IMG/VR virus record: IMGVR_UViG_3300021066_000005
Span: 1-38,423 of that record
Origin: a virus
Lineage: Duplodnaviria; Caudoviricetes
DNA length: 38,423 nucleotides
Direction: 5' to 3' (one strand)
Under the pieces are notes generated by a model, which saw only the letters and a program-made list of their open reading frames with translations, was not told the origin of the DNA and searched no databases. The translations under genes and the position numbers were made by a program. Shown one piece after another: positions 22,587 to 32,365 of the stretch; position 1 is the first letter of the stretch, and every line of letters starts with the position of its first letter.

Positions 22587-23845
22587 TATCGTAGGCTCCC
22601 AAAATCAATCACTCCGGGCTGTGCTGGGGAAGCTTCCTGCTGCGGAATGCCGTCCGTGAAATAGCTACCCTTGCGCAATGCATCCGCCTTAGAGCGGTTG
22701 AACTTCATGCGACGTTCTGCCGCCTGAATGGCACGGTTGATGATCTCCCGGCGCTGCTTCGGGGTCTTGTCGGCTGAAGCTTGCATGTCCATCAGAATCT
22801 TGCGCTCGCCTTCTGTAGGAGCCGCGCCGAAGGTCGCCTTGAGGCTTTCCAGTGCTTGACCTGTCATCAGGTTATCGAGATTAACCGTAGCGTCTGCTGC
22901 TTCGCTCTGCCCTGGAAGATTGCTGCGGATAATAGCGCGCTCCTTTGCTCCTACTCCGGAATATGCCTTGTCATTCAGTTTGAGGGCTTCCTGAAGCATA
23001 GAGGCAGTGTTTTTAGACACTTGTGCCATCTCGTCGGCCTCGAATAGCTCCTTTTGTGCAGATGCAGACAGCGAGGTCTTGGGGGGCTTACTCGCGGCAG
23101 CGACGGCACGTTGACCGGCCTCTACTGCATTTTGGCGTGTAATATCTTGCCCACGCTTAGTAACGGCACGGTTCTTCTCACCCTCGCTTACAGCGCGTTC
23201 GTTAGCCATCAAGGCATCGGGCGATGCCGTCTTTTCCATTGGAGTATTGCGGATGGCTGGGTTGGTAATCGGATTCACGTCCACTAATTGCACCTTGCCG
23301 CCGAGATCGATCTTTTCCCACTTCGGGGTTGTACGCTTAATGGCCTCGTCGGCAGTCATAAGATATTGCTGTTGCGCTTCAGGGGAGTAGACCGGAGCCA
23401 TACTCTTTACGAGGTCTTCCCCGCCCAATGCAGCCAACTCTCCAAGAACAGCCTCGTAGCTTGCTTGATCCTGCACGCTTGCCAGTCGGTCACGTCCATA
23501 TTGCAGCAGCGCCTTTCGGCTTTCTAGCTTAGCCTTACCCTCATCCATCGACAATTTTCGATCTTCGGATTCAAGCTTCTTTTGGGCGAGCTTATTCTGC
23601 TGCATTGCTTGGTTAAACTTGTAGGCTTCCATCGGACTAACGCGGTACAGATTACCAAGCGTGGTTTGTTCATCAAGCGCCCCATCAGGATTGATGGCGT
23701 AGGCTTTTTTCAGTGCATCTTGGTCCTGTTCTTCCTTCTGACGGCGGCGCATTTCCTGTCCGTAGTTGTCCATCTGCATGCGGCGCATTTTGGAGTCATC
23801 GGCGGCGGCGTATATCTCTGCGAGGTTTAATGTTTTCCATTCCAT
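22586..23845 (-). CDS. DNA ejection/transfer protein (gp20 position)
   Basis: Gln/Ala-rich helical protein between the gp7-like and gp16-like genes; RGQDIT motif. Confidence 0.65.
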   Translation of the reverse strand: MEWKTLNLAEIYAAADDSKMRRMQMDNYGQEMRRRQKEEQDQDALKKAYAINPDGALDEQTTLGNLYRVSPMEAYKFNQAMQQNKLAQKKLESEDRKLSMDEGKAKLESRKALLQYGRDRLASVQDQASYEAVLGELAALGGEDLVKSMAPVYSPEAQQQYLMTADEAIKRTTPKWEKIDLGGKVQLVDVNPITNPAIRNTPMEKTASPDALMANERAVSEGEKNRAVTKRGQDITRQNAVEAGQRAVAAASKPPKTSLSASAQKELFEADEMAQVSKNTASMLQEALKLNDKAYSGVGAKERAIIRSNLPGQSEAADATVNLDNLMTGQALESLKATFGAAPTEGERKILMDMQASADKTPKQRREIINRAIQAAERRMKFNRSKADALRKGSYFTDGIPQQEASPAQPGVIDFGSLR

Positions 23846-23849
23846 GTGC

Positions 23850-24869
23850 TTACCCCCAATATGGCGGAGTAGCGTATCCGCCGCCTGCCCTTTGGTTATA
23901 GAGCATATTCCCTATGCCGCCCATAATGGAGTTATTCATAATGCCCGCCCCTTGCATTCCATATTGAGCTTGCTGGGAAGCTGCGTTGCTTGTTGAACTT
24001 ATCCCTGAGTTAATTAGGCCGGTATTGAGCGATTGAGTGTTTCCGGCCGCATTCATCCCGACCCCTTGCTGGCCGGAAAGCATGTTGTAGATATTTAGCT
24101 TGTCCTGGTTGAATCGGTCGTATGCGCCAGCGGCCTTCGTTGTCCCATAATCGTTTGCATAACGCGTCAGCGCTTTCAGCGTAGAGCCGGAGTCCCACCC
24201 GCCAGATGCCGCAGCACGCCGCTCAATCGCTTTGTTGCCTTCGTCCAATCCAAACTGAAGGCCGGTGTTGTACACCACGTCCTTATTGAGGTCGTCTGCG
24301 CTGAAATTTCGCATCAGAGAACCGAAGTCAGACGAATTAGGCGTTGTCTTAAGTTTTTCCCAATCCCCCTTGATGGAGTCGAGGAATGTCTGGCGATCCC
24401 ATTCGCCAATCCCATTCGCCTTAACTGTTTTGGTGTCTGGCAGTAACAGGAAGCTCTGGCCTCCAGACTTCGAGACCTGACCAGAATAGGGGTTGTAGTA
24501 CAGATTCGCGGCGCCTCGGTCTACGGTAGAAGCATAAAAAGGCTCTACTGCGTCCGCAATTTGTTCCATTGACTGGAGGTATGGCTTGTCCAGCCCGAGA
24601 AGATCAGAAAGACGATAACTCGCAGCGGTGCCTATCCCTGCATAGGGCTGGAATGCTCGCGTATTGGAGCCTTGCTGCTGCTTAATCATGCGCTGTACTT
24701 CTGCGTTCGCCAACGCAATCTGCGCCCCTGCATCTTCGGAAGCATCATCGCCCATTGCACCGCCAATCAAAGACGCACCAACGCCAATAGCCGTCCCCAC
24801 ATCCCACAGTGCAAAACCATGCTCCCAGCTAAAGCCAGGGAAGAACGCCCCTAGGATTCGTTTAAGCAT
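23850..24869 (-). CDS. DNA ejection/pilot protein (gp7 position)
   Basis: Hydrophobic Gly-rich N-terminus, QPY, and AAASGG-DSGSTLKAL-RY motif. Confidence 0.75.
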   Translation of the reverse strand: MLKRILGAFFPGFSWEHGFALWDVGTAIGVGASLIGGAMGDDASEDAGAQIALANAEVQRMIKQQQGSNTRAFQPYAGIGTAASYRLSDLLGLDKPYLQSMEQIADAVEPFYASTVDRGAANLYYNPYSGQVSKSGGQSFLLLPDTKTVKANGIGEWDRQTFLDSIKGDWEKLKTTPNSSDFGSLMRNFSADDLNKDVVYNTGLQFGLDEGNKAIERRAAASGGWDSGSTLKALTRYANDYGTTKAAGAYDRFNQDKLNIYNMLSGQQGVGMNAAGNTQSLNTGLINSGISSTSNAASQQAQYGMQGAGIMNNSIMGGIGNMLYNQRAGGGYATPPYWG

Positions 24870-25213
24870 ACGTAGCCTCTTTCTTCTAATCTCTTGATGA
24901 ATGGGAGCGCATCAGGATTACCGCAGCTCACCTGAATCACACCGCGTCCCTCGACCTGGCCCCGCATGAAGCGGTAAAACTCGCGCCCAGCCCAATGTTT
25001 ACGGAACCGAGAAAGCACCGCGATGTGCCCCTCATCACCTCTAAAAATCACGCCGCCGATCACCTCTCCATCCTTCTCGATGGCGTAGCAGTCAAATTTC
25101 GCCAGCCCTAGCAAAGTGCTTTCGAGGCTCGTCTTGCCTTTGTATACCGGCGTTTCTTCACATGCCAGGTGGAGAACCCCCGCCAACTCAAACGGGGTGG
25201 ACTCTCGAATCAT
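24851..25213 (-). CDS. GNAT-like virion assembly protein (P22 gp14 position)
   Basis: GEVIGGV...HIAV...RKHW...RLEERGY resembles a GNAT fold; gene order. Confidence 0.55.
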   Translation of the reverse strand: MIRESTPFELAGVLHLACEETPVYKGKTSLESTLLGLAKFDCYAIEKDGEVIGGVIFRGDEGHIAVLSRFRKHWAGREFYRFMRGQVEGRGVIQVSCGNPDALPFIKRLEERGYVCLNES

Positions 25214-25449
25214 GCCGCCGTACCGTCTGCCTTGACCCAGCCGGAGCCGTCATACCAAATCGGGAGGCCTAGTGTGGTGTCAAAATATGGGCGGCCTACA
25301 TAGAGCTTGCGTGTTGGCCTGTTAGCGGTTTCGCCGCTCCCTTGTTGGGCCAAAATTGCATCGAACACATCCGAGAAAAAATGCTGCCAATGAACAGTGA
25401 TGCTATGCTCGCCCTGAATGGCCTGTTGATTCGGTGGCGGTTTAATCAT
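25210..25449 (-). CDS. Small tail-associated protein
   Basis: GETANRPT...YFDTTLGLPIWYDGSGWV fibre-type motif; follows gp10. Confidence 0.65.
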   Translation of the reverse strand: MIKPPPNQQAIQGEHSITVHWQHFFSDVFDAILAQQGSGETANRPTRKLYVGRPYFDTTLGLPIWYDGSGWVKADGTAA

Positions 25450-26855
25450 GAGCGCCCCGGTCTGATCTTCATTGAAGCCCCGAAGATGACCCGCTTAACG
25501 GGGTCGGTAATGCGAAAGCGGAACACCACATCTCTCGCAACCCCTGTTGGACGACGCCAGATAGCGCGGGCCTGATAAGTGCCGATAGCACCAAATGATG
25601 TCCACTGCTCCGGCCCCCAGGTATGGCCGCCATCCTTTGAAACCTGCATCATGATTTGCGGGTTGGAGCCTTGGCCCGTTGAAAGCCCAACGCCGGTCTC
25701 CATGTCGAGCTGCACCATGTCCACCACAAACCGCTTGTCATCAAAGGACAAGTGGCGAGATGTGACCTCAAAGGAAAGTGGTTGGCCGTTCTCGGTGAAT
25801 GTCAGCGGATTAAGCCGGTAAAGGTTGCCGTTCTCGAAGTCAGTAACGATGATGCGGTCGAGATAATTAACGCCAATATCTGCCCTGTCCCGCGTCTCTC
25901 CATAGCTTTCAAGTTTGCTCCACGCGTTGGAGAGGCCGTCAAACAGCCATGTCTCACCAGCCGTAGGAAAGTTTATTTGCAGCATGGGATGGCCGCCTAG
26001 CATGTAGCTGATTGCTGTCGCATCCGACACCGCAGAGTAGTTGTTGATAATATATTCAATTTCCGGGTTGGAAATCCGCTGCGGAGCATAACCGTTCATG
26101 CGCGCAACAATGACCTCGCCCATGCGATTCTTCGCCAGAAAAGCCAACGAGTTGTCATATTTGACGATTGAGTTAACCGCAGCGCAGCCCCATTCAATCG
26201 CTCCGCCAGACACACGAGAGAATGGGAAGTCCGTGCCGCCTGTGTTCTGCCAGAACTCTGTCGAAATAGAGCCAAACAGGAACAGGTTGGAGTTGTCCGA
26301 GGCAACAGCCACAATGTCATCCGGGTTGGATTCGGCTGACGCAAAATCCAGCGCATCCCAGCTCATGCCATCATTCACCGCCGAGACATAGAACCGCTGC
26401 GAGTCCGGCTTGTTGACGATGAAATAACCGTCCTGCCACGTTACGGTCTCCGCGCCCGGATAGTCAGCGTCAATGATCTGTGCAAAGTTGGTTGTAGCGA
26501 AGGTGTAGATATAGCCTGCGCTGCCATCGGTCAGCATCAGCTGAGAACCGTTGTCCGTCATGTAAACACGGCCAGTGGTGGTGCCTATCGTCCCCCGAGC
26601 GGTTCTAACCCCCGCGTTATTGACCTCATAGAACGTGCCGCGATGAACCACATACAGAAAGTCGCCGCGCTGGTAGATGCCACGGATAGGGGTATCACCG
26701 AAGGAGGTAAACAGGTCTTTACCCGGGAATCCGTAGATGGCAACCCGTGCACGGTCGTCTCCCGGCTGCGGCTCTATGTACGCATTCAAGCGCTGTTGGC
26801 GCGTAACATTAGTCGACTTGCCGAATTGTGAGATGCCAAATAGCTGGACTTCCAT
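25446..26855 (-). CDS. Packaged-DNA stabilisation / tail hub protein (P22 gp10-like)
   Basis: DGYFI, FASAESNPD, SKDGGHTW and FRITDPVK motifs. Confidence 0.88.
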   Translation of the reverse strand: MEVQLFGISQFGKSTNVTRQQRLNAYIEPQPGDDRARVAIYGFPGKDLFTSFGDTPIRGIYQRGDFLYVVHRGTFYEVNNAGVRTARGTIGTTTGRVYMTDNGSQLMLTDGSAGYIYTFATTNFAQIIDADYPGAETVTWQDGYFIVNKPDSQRFYVSAVNDGMSWDALDFASAESNPDDIVAVASDNSNLFLFGSISTEFWQNTGGTDFPFSRVSGGAIEWGCAAVNSIVKYDNSLAFLAKNRMGEVIVARMNGYAPQRISNPEIEYIINNYSAVSDATAISYMLGGHPMLQINFPTAGETWLFDGLSNAWSKLESYGETRDRADIGVNYLDRIIVTDFENGNLYRLNPLTFTENGQPLSFEVTSRHLSFDDKRFVVDMVQLDMETGVGLSTGQGSNPQIMMQVSKDGGHTWGPEQWTSFGAIGTYQARAIWRRPTGVARDVVFRFRITDPVKRVIFGASMKIRPGRS

Positions 26856-27545
26856 TTAGCTATCCGTCTGGATGTTGTAGAGCGAATTCGCCATGACAGC
26901 GTCGGGCATCTGCATGGTCTTGAGGCTGGTATTGACGATTTTTAGCGCACGCTTGGTTTGCCTTGCGTAGCGGTCAATTTCTGGCGTAATGGGCATACCA
27001 AAGGTGGCGCACAGCATCGATGCCAGATTCCAGCGGATCGCGCCCTCGTATTCAGGCGGCAGGCTGATATCGTCATTGATGGTTGTATAGACCGGCATCG
27101 GCTGCTTCAACGTGAGGTAGAGCGTGCCTTCGGTCGGAATGGGAGTTACAAACAAGACACCCAGCGGATAGGCGGGACGGTAGTAAAAGGCCGAGGGCGT
27201 TCCCTGCAGGTTCTTCACGCCAATGTCCTGGTAATCCTCGAACGAGTGAATGGGCGTCAATGGTAAATCCACATCATTCAACCGCCAGAACACGCCGTCC
27301 ACGCCCACCGGGCGCTCCACGTTCAGGTTGCCGCCTGTGCCGATGGTGTAAGACGTGGCCCCCGTTACCGCAAGCGTTTCCGACTTCTGGCAGTAGACGG
27401 TGAGCGATTGGGTGCGCCACATCGCCAACATCTGATTCAGCGTGTCGAGCGCATCCTGCATCTCGTCATCGGTCGGCGTCTCGCGTCCGCCAATCACCCC
27501 CGCATCCTTTAGGGCGAGTTTGACGAGGCTGGTAACGGTTGCCAT
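26856..27545 (-). CDS. Head-tail adaptor (P22 gp4-like)
   Basis: ALKDAGV...DALDTLNQMLAMW and LPPEYEGAIRWNLA motifs; gene order. Confidence 0.75.
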   Translation of the reverse strand: MATVTSLVKLALKDAGVIGGRETPTDDEMQDALDTLNQMLAMWRTQSLTVYCQKSETLAVTGATSYTIGTGGNLNVERPVGVDGVFWRLNDVDLPLTPIHSFEDYQDIGVKNLQGTPSAFYYRPAYPLGVLFVTPIPTEGTLYLTLKQPMPVYTTINDDISLPPEYEGAIRWNLASMLCATFGMPITPEIDRYARQTKRALKIVNTSLKTMQMPDAVMANSLYNIQTDS

Positions 27546-27706
27546 TACTGCGCCACCTTCCGGCGACGGCTTTTCTCTTGAGGCTCGGAGAGCATCTTGT
27601 AGCCCTGCTTGCGCATCTCGGCTTCCTGTTCGGCGTCATGCACAATGACGTGCTCGCCTTCCCATTCGCCGTTCATGTAGAGGGACTTCGGATATTCCTG
27701 GAACAT
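27545..27706 (-). CDS. Small hypothetical protein, 53 aa
   Basis: My translation: MFQEYPKSLYMNGEWEGEHVIVHDAEQEAEMRKQGYKMLSEPQEKSRRRKVAQ; TAATG coupling. Confidence 0.6.
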   Translation of the reverse strand: MFQEYPKSLYMNGEWEGEHVIVHDAEQEAEMRKQGYKMLSEPQEKSRRRKVAQ

Positions 27707-27720
27707 ATGAACCCCAATAG

Positions 27721-27740
27721 AAAAGCCCCCTTTCGGGGGC
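27721..27740 (-). terminator. Intrinsic terminator
   Basis: GCCCCC-GAAA-GGGGGC-TTTT. Confidence 0.75.
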
Positions 27741-27745
27741 GAGTG

Positions 27746-28069
27746 TTAAACGTTGAATCCGGCCTGCGTCGATTCGAGGCGCAGGAGTTGGATGTCGTAA
27801 GTTTGTGCAGCAGTCGGCGTGATGCCGGAAGCGGTGTTGTTGGAGAACGTGATCGCCACGGTGTTATCTGCGGAGACACGCCATCCCACAATACCCAGCC
27901 CTGCTTGTGCTGTAGGTTTGGAAACGCCGAGTACCTTGTCCGCAGCGCGAACGCCAGGGACGGTGAAGGTTTGTTCGGCAGTGGTGTTTGCAGCGACGAG
28001 TGCCGGGGTAAGCGCGACCGAAACCACGCTCATGCCGACCACGTTGCCCATAATGACGCCAGTAGTCAT
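27746..28069 (-). CDS. Putative capsid decoration / minor structural protein
   Basis: Small Val/Thr/Ala-rich beta protein immediately after the coat gene; AAGGAG SD. Confidence 0.6.
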   Translation of the reverse strand: MTTGVIMGNVVGMSVVSVALTPALVAANTTAEQTFTVPGVRAADKVLGVSKPTAQAGLGIVGWRVSADNTVAITFSNNTASGITPTAAQTYDIQLLRLESTQAGFNV

Positions 28070-28086
28070 GCTCTTCTCCTTATGAG

Positions 28087-28106
28087 AAAAGGGGCCGAAG
28101 CCCCTT
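28087..28106 (-). terminator. Intrinsic terminator after the coat gene
   Basis: AAGGGGC-TTCG-GCCCC-TTTT. Confidence 0.8.
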
Positions 28107-28110
28107 ATGG

Positions 28111-29301
28111 TTAGTTGGAGAGGATGCGGGCGGCCAGCTGGGCGCGGATCGTCTTGTAGCCGTACAGCACGTCGATACGGCAGGGGATGGTGTCGGTGGA
28201 GATGGCGTACTGACGAGCAATACGCATCGACACACCGTCCATCACTTCACGCGCACCCCATGCGCCGTACTGGGAAACATCTTCCAGGTCGGCAGAGACA
28301 AACGTGAAGGCGTCCTTGTGGTAGGCCAGGGAGGGCTTGTAGACAGCAGAAGCGCCGCCCACCTTGGTCACTGCACCGCCGTTGGTCGGGGATGCCGAAA
28401 CGTTCTGACGACCGCCCGAGGTCACGATGGCCGGGGAAATGGCGATATTGCCAGCGCCGCCTGCATAGTCAGTCGTTACAACGAATTGCTGCAGCACGCC
28501 GGTATCCGCTTTGGTTTCAGGATGAACACGGTTACAACCTGCGAAGGTGATAACGTCACCCTTCTTGAAGGTGGTGGCACCGACTGCAACAGTGACAGTA
28601 GAACCGGTTTGGCCTGCTCCGTTGACGGTGTAGGTGGTGGCCGATGCCGCTGTACCCGTGGTTTGGCTGGGGATCAGGGTGTTTTCGTAGATTTCACCGA
28701 AACCTGCGGTGCGACCCACCATGCCTTCGCGGTATTGCTTGGCAATCTCACCGGAGTCTTGGAACAGACCCTTCAGGGCATCCACCAGGTCAAGATTGTC
28801 CTGAGTGTTGAGCAACAGGGCGCGACCCGACTGTGGTGCCAAGGAATCCGTCAGCAGCTTGCGTGCTGACAGCACCTTGTTCAGCGTGATCGCGGAACCA
28901 ACGTTGTTCACGGCTTGGTACACATCCAGCGCCATGCTCAGTGCGTCGGCTTCCACGTTTGCAGCCAGAACGGACATTGCCGGTTCCAGGATGCGCTCGG
29001 AGAAGTCTTGCAGGCTCAGGGTGAGTTCGGCAGTGGTGAAGGTGGTATCCACGCCCTTTTGCGTTGCGACAGACAGCGTGGTGCTGGTTTCGCTGGTGTC
29101 CTGGGTGGACAGATTAGCACCGGTACGAATGGTATATTCGTTCGGCAGACGGATTTTCAGGTCAGTACCGATCTTCGCGCCGGTCTTGGCGAACGAGTCG
29201 TCATACTGGCGGTTGATGGAACCGATGAAGTTGAGTTTTTGATGCAGGATGCGCAGAGCTTCGCGCGTCACTGCGGTCGGGGTCAGGATGGTATTAGCCA
29301 T
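28111..29301 (-). CDS. Major capsid protein (P22 coat gp5 family)
   Basis: MANTILTP...NRQYDDSF-KTGAKIG..LKIRLP and CRIDVLYG motifs. Confidence 0.93.
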   Translation of the reverse strand: MANTILTPTAVTREALRILHQKLNFIGSINRQYDDSFAKTGAKIGTDLKIRLPNEYTIRTGANLSTQDTSETSTTLSVATQKGVDTTFTTAELTLSLQDFSERILEPAMSVLAANVEADALSMALDVYQAVNNVGSAITLNKVLSARKLLTDSLAPQSGRALLLNTQDNLDLVDALKGLFQDSGEIAKQYREGMVGRTAGFGEIYENTLIPSQTTGTAASATTYTVNGAGQTGSTVTVAVGATTFKKGDVITFAGCNRVHPETKADTGVLQQFVVTTDYAGGAGNIAISPAIVTSGGRQNVSASPTNGGAVTKVGGASAVYKPSLAYHKDAFTFVSADLEDVSQYGAWGAREVMDGVSMRIARQYAISTDTIPCRIDVLYGYKTIRAQLAARILSN

Positions 29302-29320
29302 TTCGATGCTCCATAAATGG

Positions 29321-29342
29321 AAAAAGCCGCACTAGGCGGCTT
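29321..29342 (-). terminator. Intrinsic terminator between scaffold and coat genes
   Basis: GCCGC-CTAGT-GCGGC-TTTTT. Confidence 0.65.
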
Positions 29343-29358
29343 CGTTCCGTGGGGTGGT

Positions 29359-30144
29359 TTAGCGCCCCCTGGCCTGCTTGTTCCGTAACTCCATCCATTT
29401 CTCAATGGGAAGGTCATCGGACAGCACGTCACTGTTCGTCTGGCCGGAAGTAACCGGCTTGATCGGTTCAGGGGCTTTCGAGATTTGTTTCTGCGGCTTT
29501 GCTTGGAGCTTGTCCTCCAGCTTGCCGATTTCCTTTGCTTGCGCGTAAGCAGGGAGTGCGGAGATGCGCTTGCCCTCGTCGGGATTCTTGGCGAGGAAGT
29601 ACAGCAGTTCTGCTCCCATGTCGCTTTCGAGCATGGCAAGGAATGCGGCGCGGGAATACGTGTTCGTGTCGGACTTGATTACGTCCTCGAAGTCCTCGTA
29701 TTTGTCCTCGCCCTTCTCGATCAGCTCCGTTTGGCGTGCCTGGTAGCGTTCGGCTTCCGACTGCTGAGCCTTCTTGCTGCGCTCCTGCTCGGCTGCTTCG
29801 CGTTCTGCCCGCAACATCTGGCGGGCTTCGTGCTTGGCAAGCGCTTTCAGGTATTCGCCATAGGTCTCAAAGTCGGCTTCCTTCGGCTCCGGGTCATCGC
29901 TCGGGGCTGACGGCTTCTGCTCTTGTGCGATTTGCTCGCGGGTCTGCTGTGCAATGCGTTCGCGCTCATGCTTGCGTTCAAGCTTGGCGATTCGCTTTTG
30001 AACAATGGCATTCACTTCATCTTCCGTGAAAACCTTCGGTTCAACCGGCTTGTTCTCGCCCTCCTGTGCTGCCGTGGCACCAGGTGCGGTCGCTACGTTT
30101 TCCTCAGTAGCTTGAGGGTCTACTACTTGGTCTTGCTCCGACAT
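29359..30144 (-). CDS. Scaffolding protein
   Basis: Charged coiled coil between portal and coat; SKAPEPIKPV motif and basic C-terminus. Confidence 0.8.
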   Translation of the reverse strand: MSEQDQVVDPQATEENVATAPGATAAQEGENKPVEPKVFTEDEVNAIVQKRIAKLERKHERERIAQQTREQIAQEQKPSAPSDDPEPKEADFETYGEYLKALAKHEARQMLRAEREAAEQERSKKAQQSEAERYQARQTELIEKGEDKYEDFEDVIKSDTNTYSRAAFLAMLESDMGAELLYFLAKNPDEGKRISALPAYAQAKEIGKLEDKLQAKPQKQISKAPEPIKPVTSGQTNSDVLSDDLPIEKWMELRNKQARGR

Positions 30145-30185
30145 GGATTTCTCCTGATTGCCCTGTGAGGCCCACAGGTAGGCTT

Positions 30186-32345
30186 TTACTGCGAGTTTTC
30201 AGGCGTAAAAAAACCGCCCGGAGGCGGTTGGTCTGAAACTGTTACGTCTAGCGGCTCTGGCGGGTCTATCCGCTGAATGATCTCGGCCAAGGCGGCTTCG
30301 ATCATGTCCAGACGTTCGGGGGTGAGTTGCTGCTGCGCCTTGATGGCGGCATCCAGTTGCACCTTAAGGCGATTGGTTTCGGCGTTCATGTAGTCCACGC
30401 GCACCTTCTCGGCCTCCAGCATGTTCTTGGTCTCGTTGTCCTTGGCCTTGAGTACGAGTTCTTGCGCTTCCTGGTTGGCCTCGGCCATGGCTTGCTCTGC
30501 CGCCTGGATGCGCTGCGTGAGCTGGTCAATGATCTGTTGGGCCTGCGCCTTGACGCGCTGCACTTCTGGCGAGTTCTGCTCGTCGTCCTTGAGGCCAGGC
30601 GGCAAGGTCTTTTCAAGGCGTTCTGCAAGTTCTTGTGCCATCGGGAAGTCTGCAGCCTTCATTACCAGGTCGCCAGCAATGGCCATGAGCTGCGGGTTGC
30701 CTTGTGTCAACTGGATCAGGGCGTCAAAGGCTTCCTGGCGGCGGGTGGTGTAGGACGGACCAACGCTCACCGCCACGTCATAGCGCCCCACGGATGGGTT
30801 GTAGATTTCCTGTATCTCGCCAGTCATCATGTCGCGTTCTTGACGGAAGGCTTGTTGCTGCTCAGGATCAATCTGCACATGCTTTTCGGAGCCATCTTCA
30901 CCCAGGATGCGCACGATGCGGGCCGTGTCGTAAATCTTGGGGATCAGGTCAACGAGAATCTTGCCGGTGTACTTGATCGCGCGGGCTACGTTGTCGATGA
31001 AATGGAACGTGGCAATGTCGCCCTTGCGCTGCAAGGCATTGAGAGCACGGCCCGACTGTGCCTGCGGGTTGTTGCCGAACTGCGCCTCATACTGGCCGGA
31101 ACTCATGTTCATTTCATTGGAGGCAACCTGCATGCCATCGAAGAACAGTTGAGAAGGGGCCGGTGGCATCATGCGCTGCGGGCGGGGGATGGGGTTTCCG
31201 TTCTCGTCCGTGTGGTTCCATGGGAGATAAGGCAGGTTCTCCAGGTTGGCCCGCTCCCAATACTTTTCGTAGCCCTCGAACGCTTCGGCGGGGCCATCAA
31301 TCGGTGTCTTGGTCTGCAACGCGCCGTACTCGACCGAGGCGGACGAGTTGTAGTTGTACATGCGCTGGGCGTCCTTCATGGAGCGCGTATGCCCCTTGCG
31401 GTCGAGCTTGCCGTCGATTTCCTTCTCTTCGCCGATCACTCGCACGATGGGGATGTACTTGCCCGGCCATTCCTTGCGGTCAAGGATTTGATTGCCCGCG
31501 ATCAGATACCAATGGACCTGTTTGCTCTTGACCTCACGCTTGCGGACTTCACCACGCTTCACCGCAGCCTTCATGACCTTTTCATCCGCCGCCTCAAGGT
31601 CGCTTTCCTTGACGGTGGAGCCATCAGGAAGCGCGTATAGCGTGTCCTTCTTGTCGGACATGCAGAAGTATTCGGCAACGCGAATAGAATCGCCCTTGAG
31701 CCAGTTGGTGCCGTTGTTGATGGGCCAGTCGATCGGCTCAGCGTCCGGGTATTCCTTCTCGAATTCATCCTTTGGCATGTCGCGGAACACGAACGCACGC
31801 TTGGCATCGGAGCCGTCCGGCTTCTGGATGCGCGAGTCCAGCACCACATTCAGGGGGTTCTTGATTGGCTCGATGAAGATTTCCTGGTCGAAGCTATCTT
31901 CCGCGCAGTAGTCCGTCACAATGCGCCAGTAGCCAATTCCTGCATCCACGGCGAACTCTTCCGCCATGTCGTAGGCCATATCCGCATCGGAGTTGGTCTC
32001 GATGTGTCGGATGATGCCGTTGAAGATTTCGGCAGTGCGCTTGTCGGCTCCGCTATCCACCGGATACACGCGGACAGAGGGCTTGTTCTGGCGGGCTTCG
32101 TTGGTGATCTGGCGGTTATGTATCTTGACCTTATTGATGGTCAGGCAGGGGCGCTTCTGCAGCTCGCGTTCCTTGACGTACTGTGCGTCCCATTGGTACT
32201 TGTTGTCTGGGTCGCCATTGGCAAAGCGCAAGTCGGCCTTCCACAGCTCGCGGGAGTCGGACTCGTATTCGTAGTCGCGCTCGAACGCCTTCTGTGCCTG
32301 CTCGACAATCTTGTCGTCGTCAGTGCGGTTTAGCTCATCTGCCAT
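30186..32345 (-). CDS. Portal protein (P22-like)
   Basis: RPCLTINK, YIPIVRV, KDAQRMYNY and GRYDVAVSVGPSYTTRRQEA motifs; C-terminal barrel coiled coil. Confidence 0.93.
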   Translation of the reverse strand: MADELNRTDDDKIVEQAQKAFERDYEYESDSRELWKADLRFANGDPDNKYQWDAQYVKERELQKRPCLTINKVKIHNRQITNEARQNKPSVRVYPVDSGADKRTAEIFNGIIRHIETNSDADMAYDMAEEFAVDAGIGYWRIVTDYCAEDSFDQEIFIEPIKNPLNVVLDSRIQKPDGSDAKRAFVFRDMPKDEFEKEYPDAEPIDWPINNGTNWLKGDSIRVAEYFCMSDKKDTLYALPDGSTVKESDLEAADEKVMKAAVKRGEVRKREVKSKQVHWYLIAGNQILDRKEWPGKYIPIVRVIGEEKEIDGKLDRKGHTRSMKDAQRMYNYNSSASVEYGALQTKTPIDGPAEAFEGYEKYWERANLENLPYLPWNHTDENGNPIPRPQRMMPPAPSQLFFDGMQVASNEMNMSSGQYEAQFGNNPQAQSGRALNALQRKGDIATFHFIDNVARAIKYTGKILVDLIPKIYDTARIVRILGEDGSEKHVQIDPEQQQAFRQERDMMTGEIQEIYNPSVGRYDVAVSVGPSYTTRRQEAFDALIQLTQGNPQLMAIAGDLVMKAADFPMAQELAERLEKTLPPGLKDDEQNSPEVQRVKAQAQQIIDQLTQRIQAAEQAMAEANQEAQELVLKAKDNETKNMLEAEKVRVDYMNAETNRLKVQLDAAIKAQQQLTPERLDMIEAALAEIIQRIDPPEPLDVTVSDQPPPGGFFTPENSQ
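30207..30229 (-). terminator. Intrinsic terminator encoded inside the portal 3' end
   Basis: AACCGCC-TCCG-GGCGG-T7, read in frame as QPPPGGFF. Confidence 0.55.
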
Positions 32346-32365
32346 AGGGATTCCGTAATGTGTGT

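Noticed and set aside
30327-31640. 437-aa plus-strand ORF and similar long antisense ORFs over the portal, coat and terminase genes
   Set aside because: These are shadow ORFs produced by codon bias of the real minus-strand genes, with no motifs or RBS.
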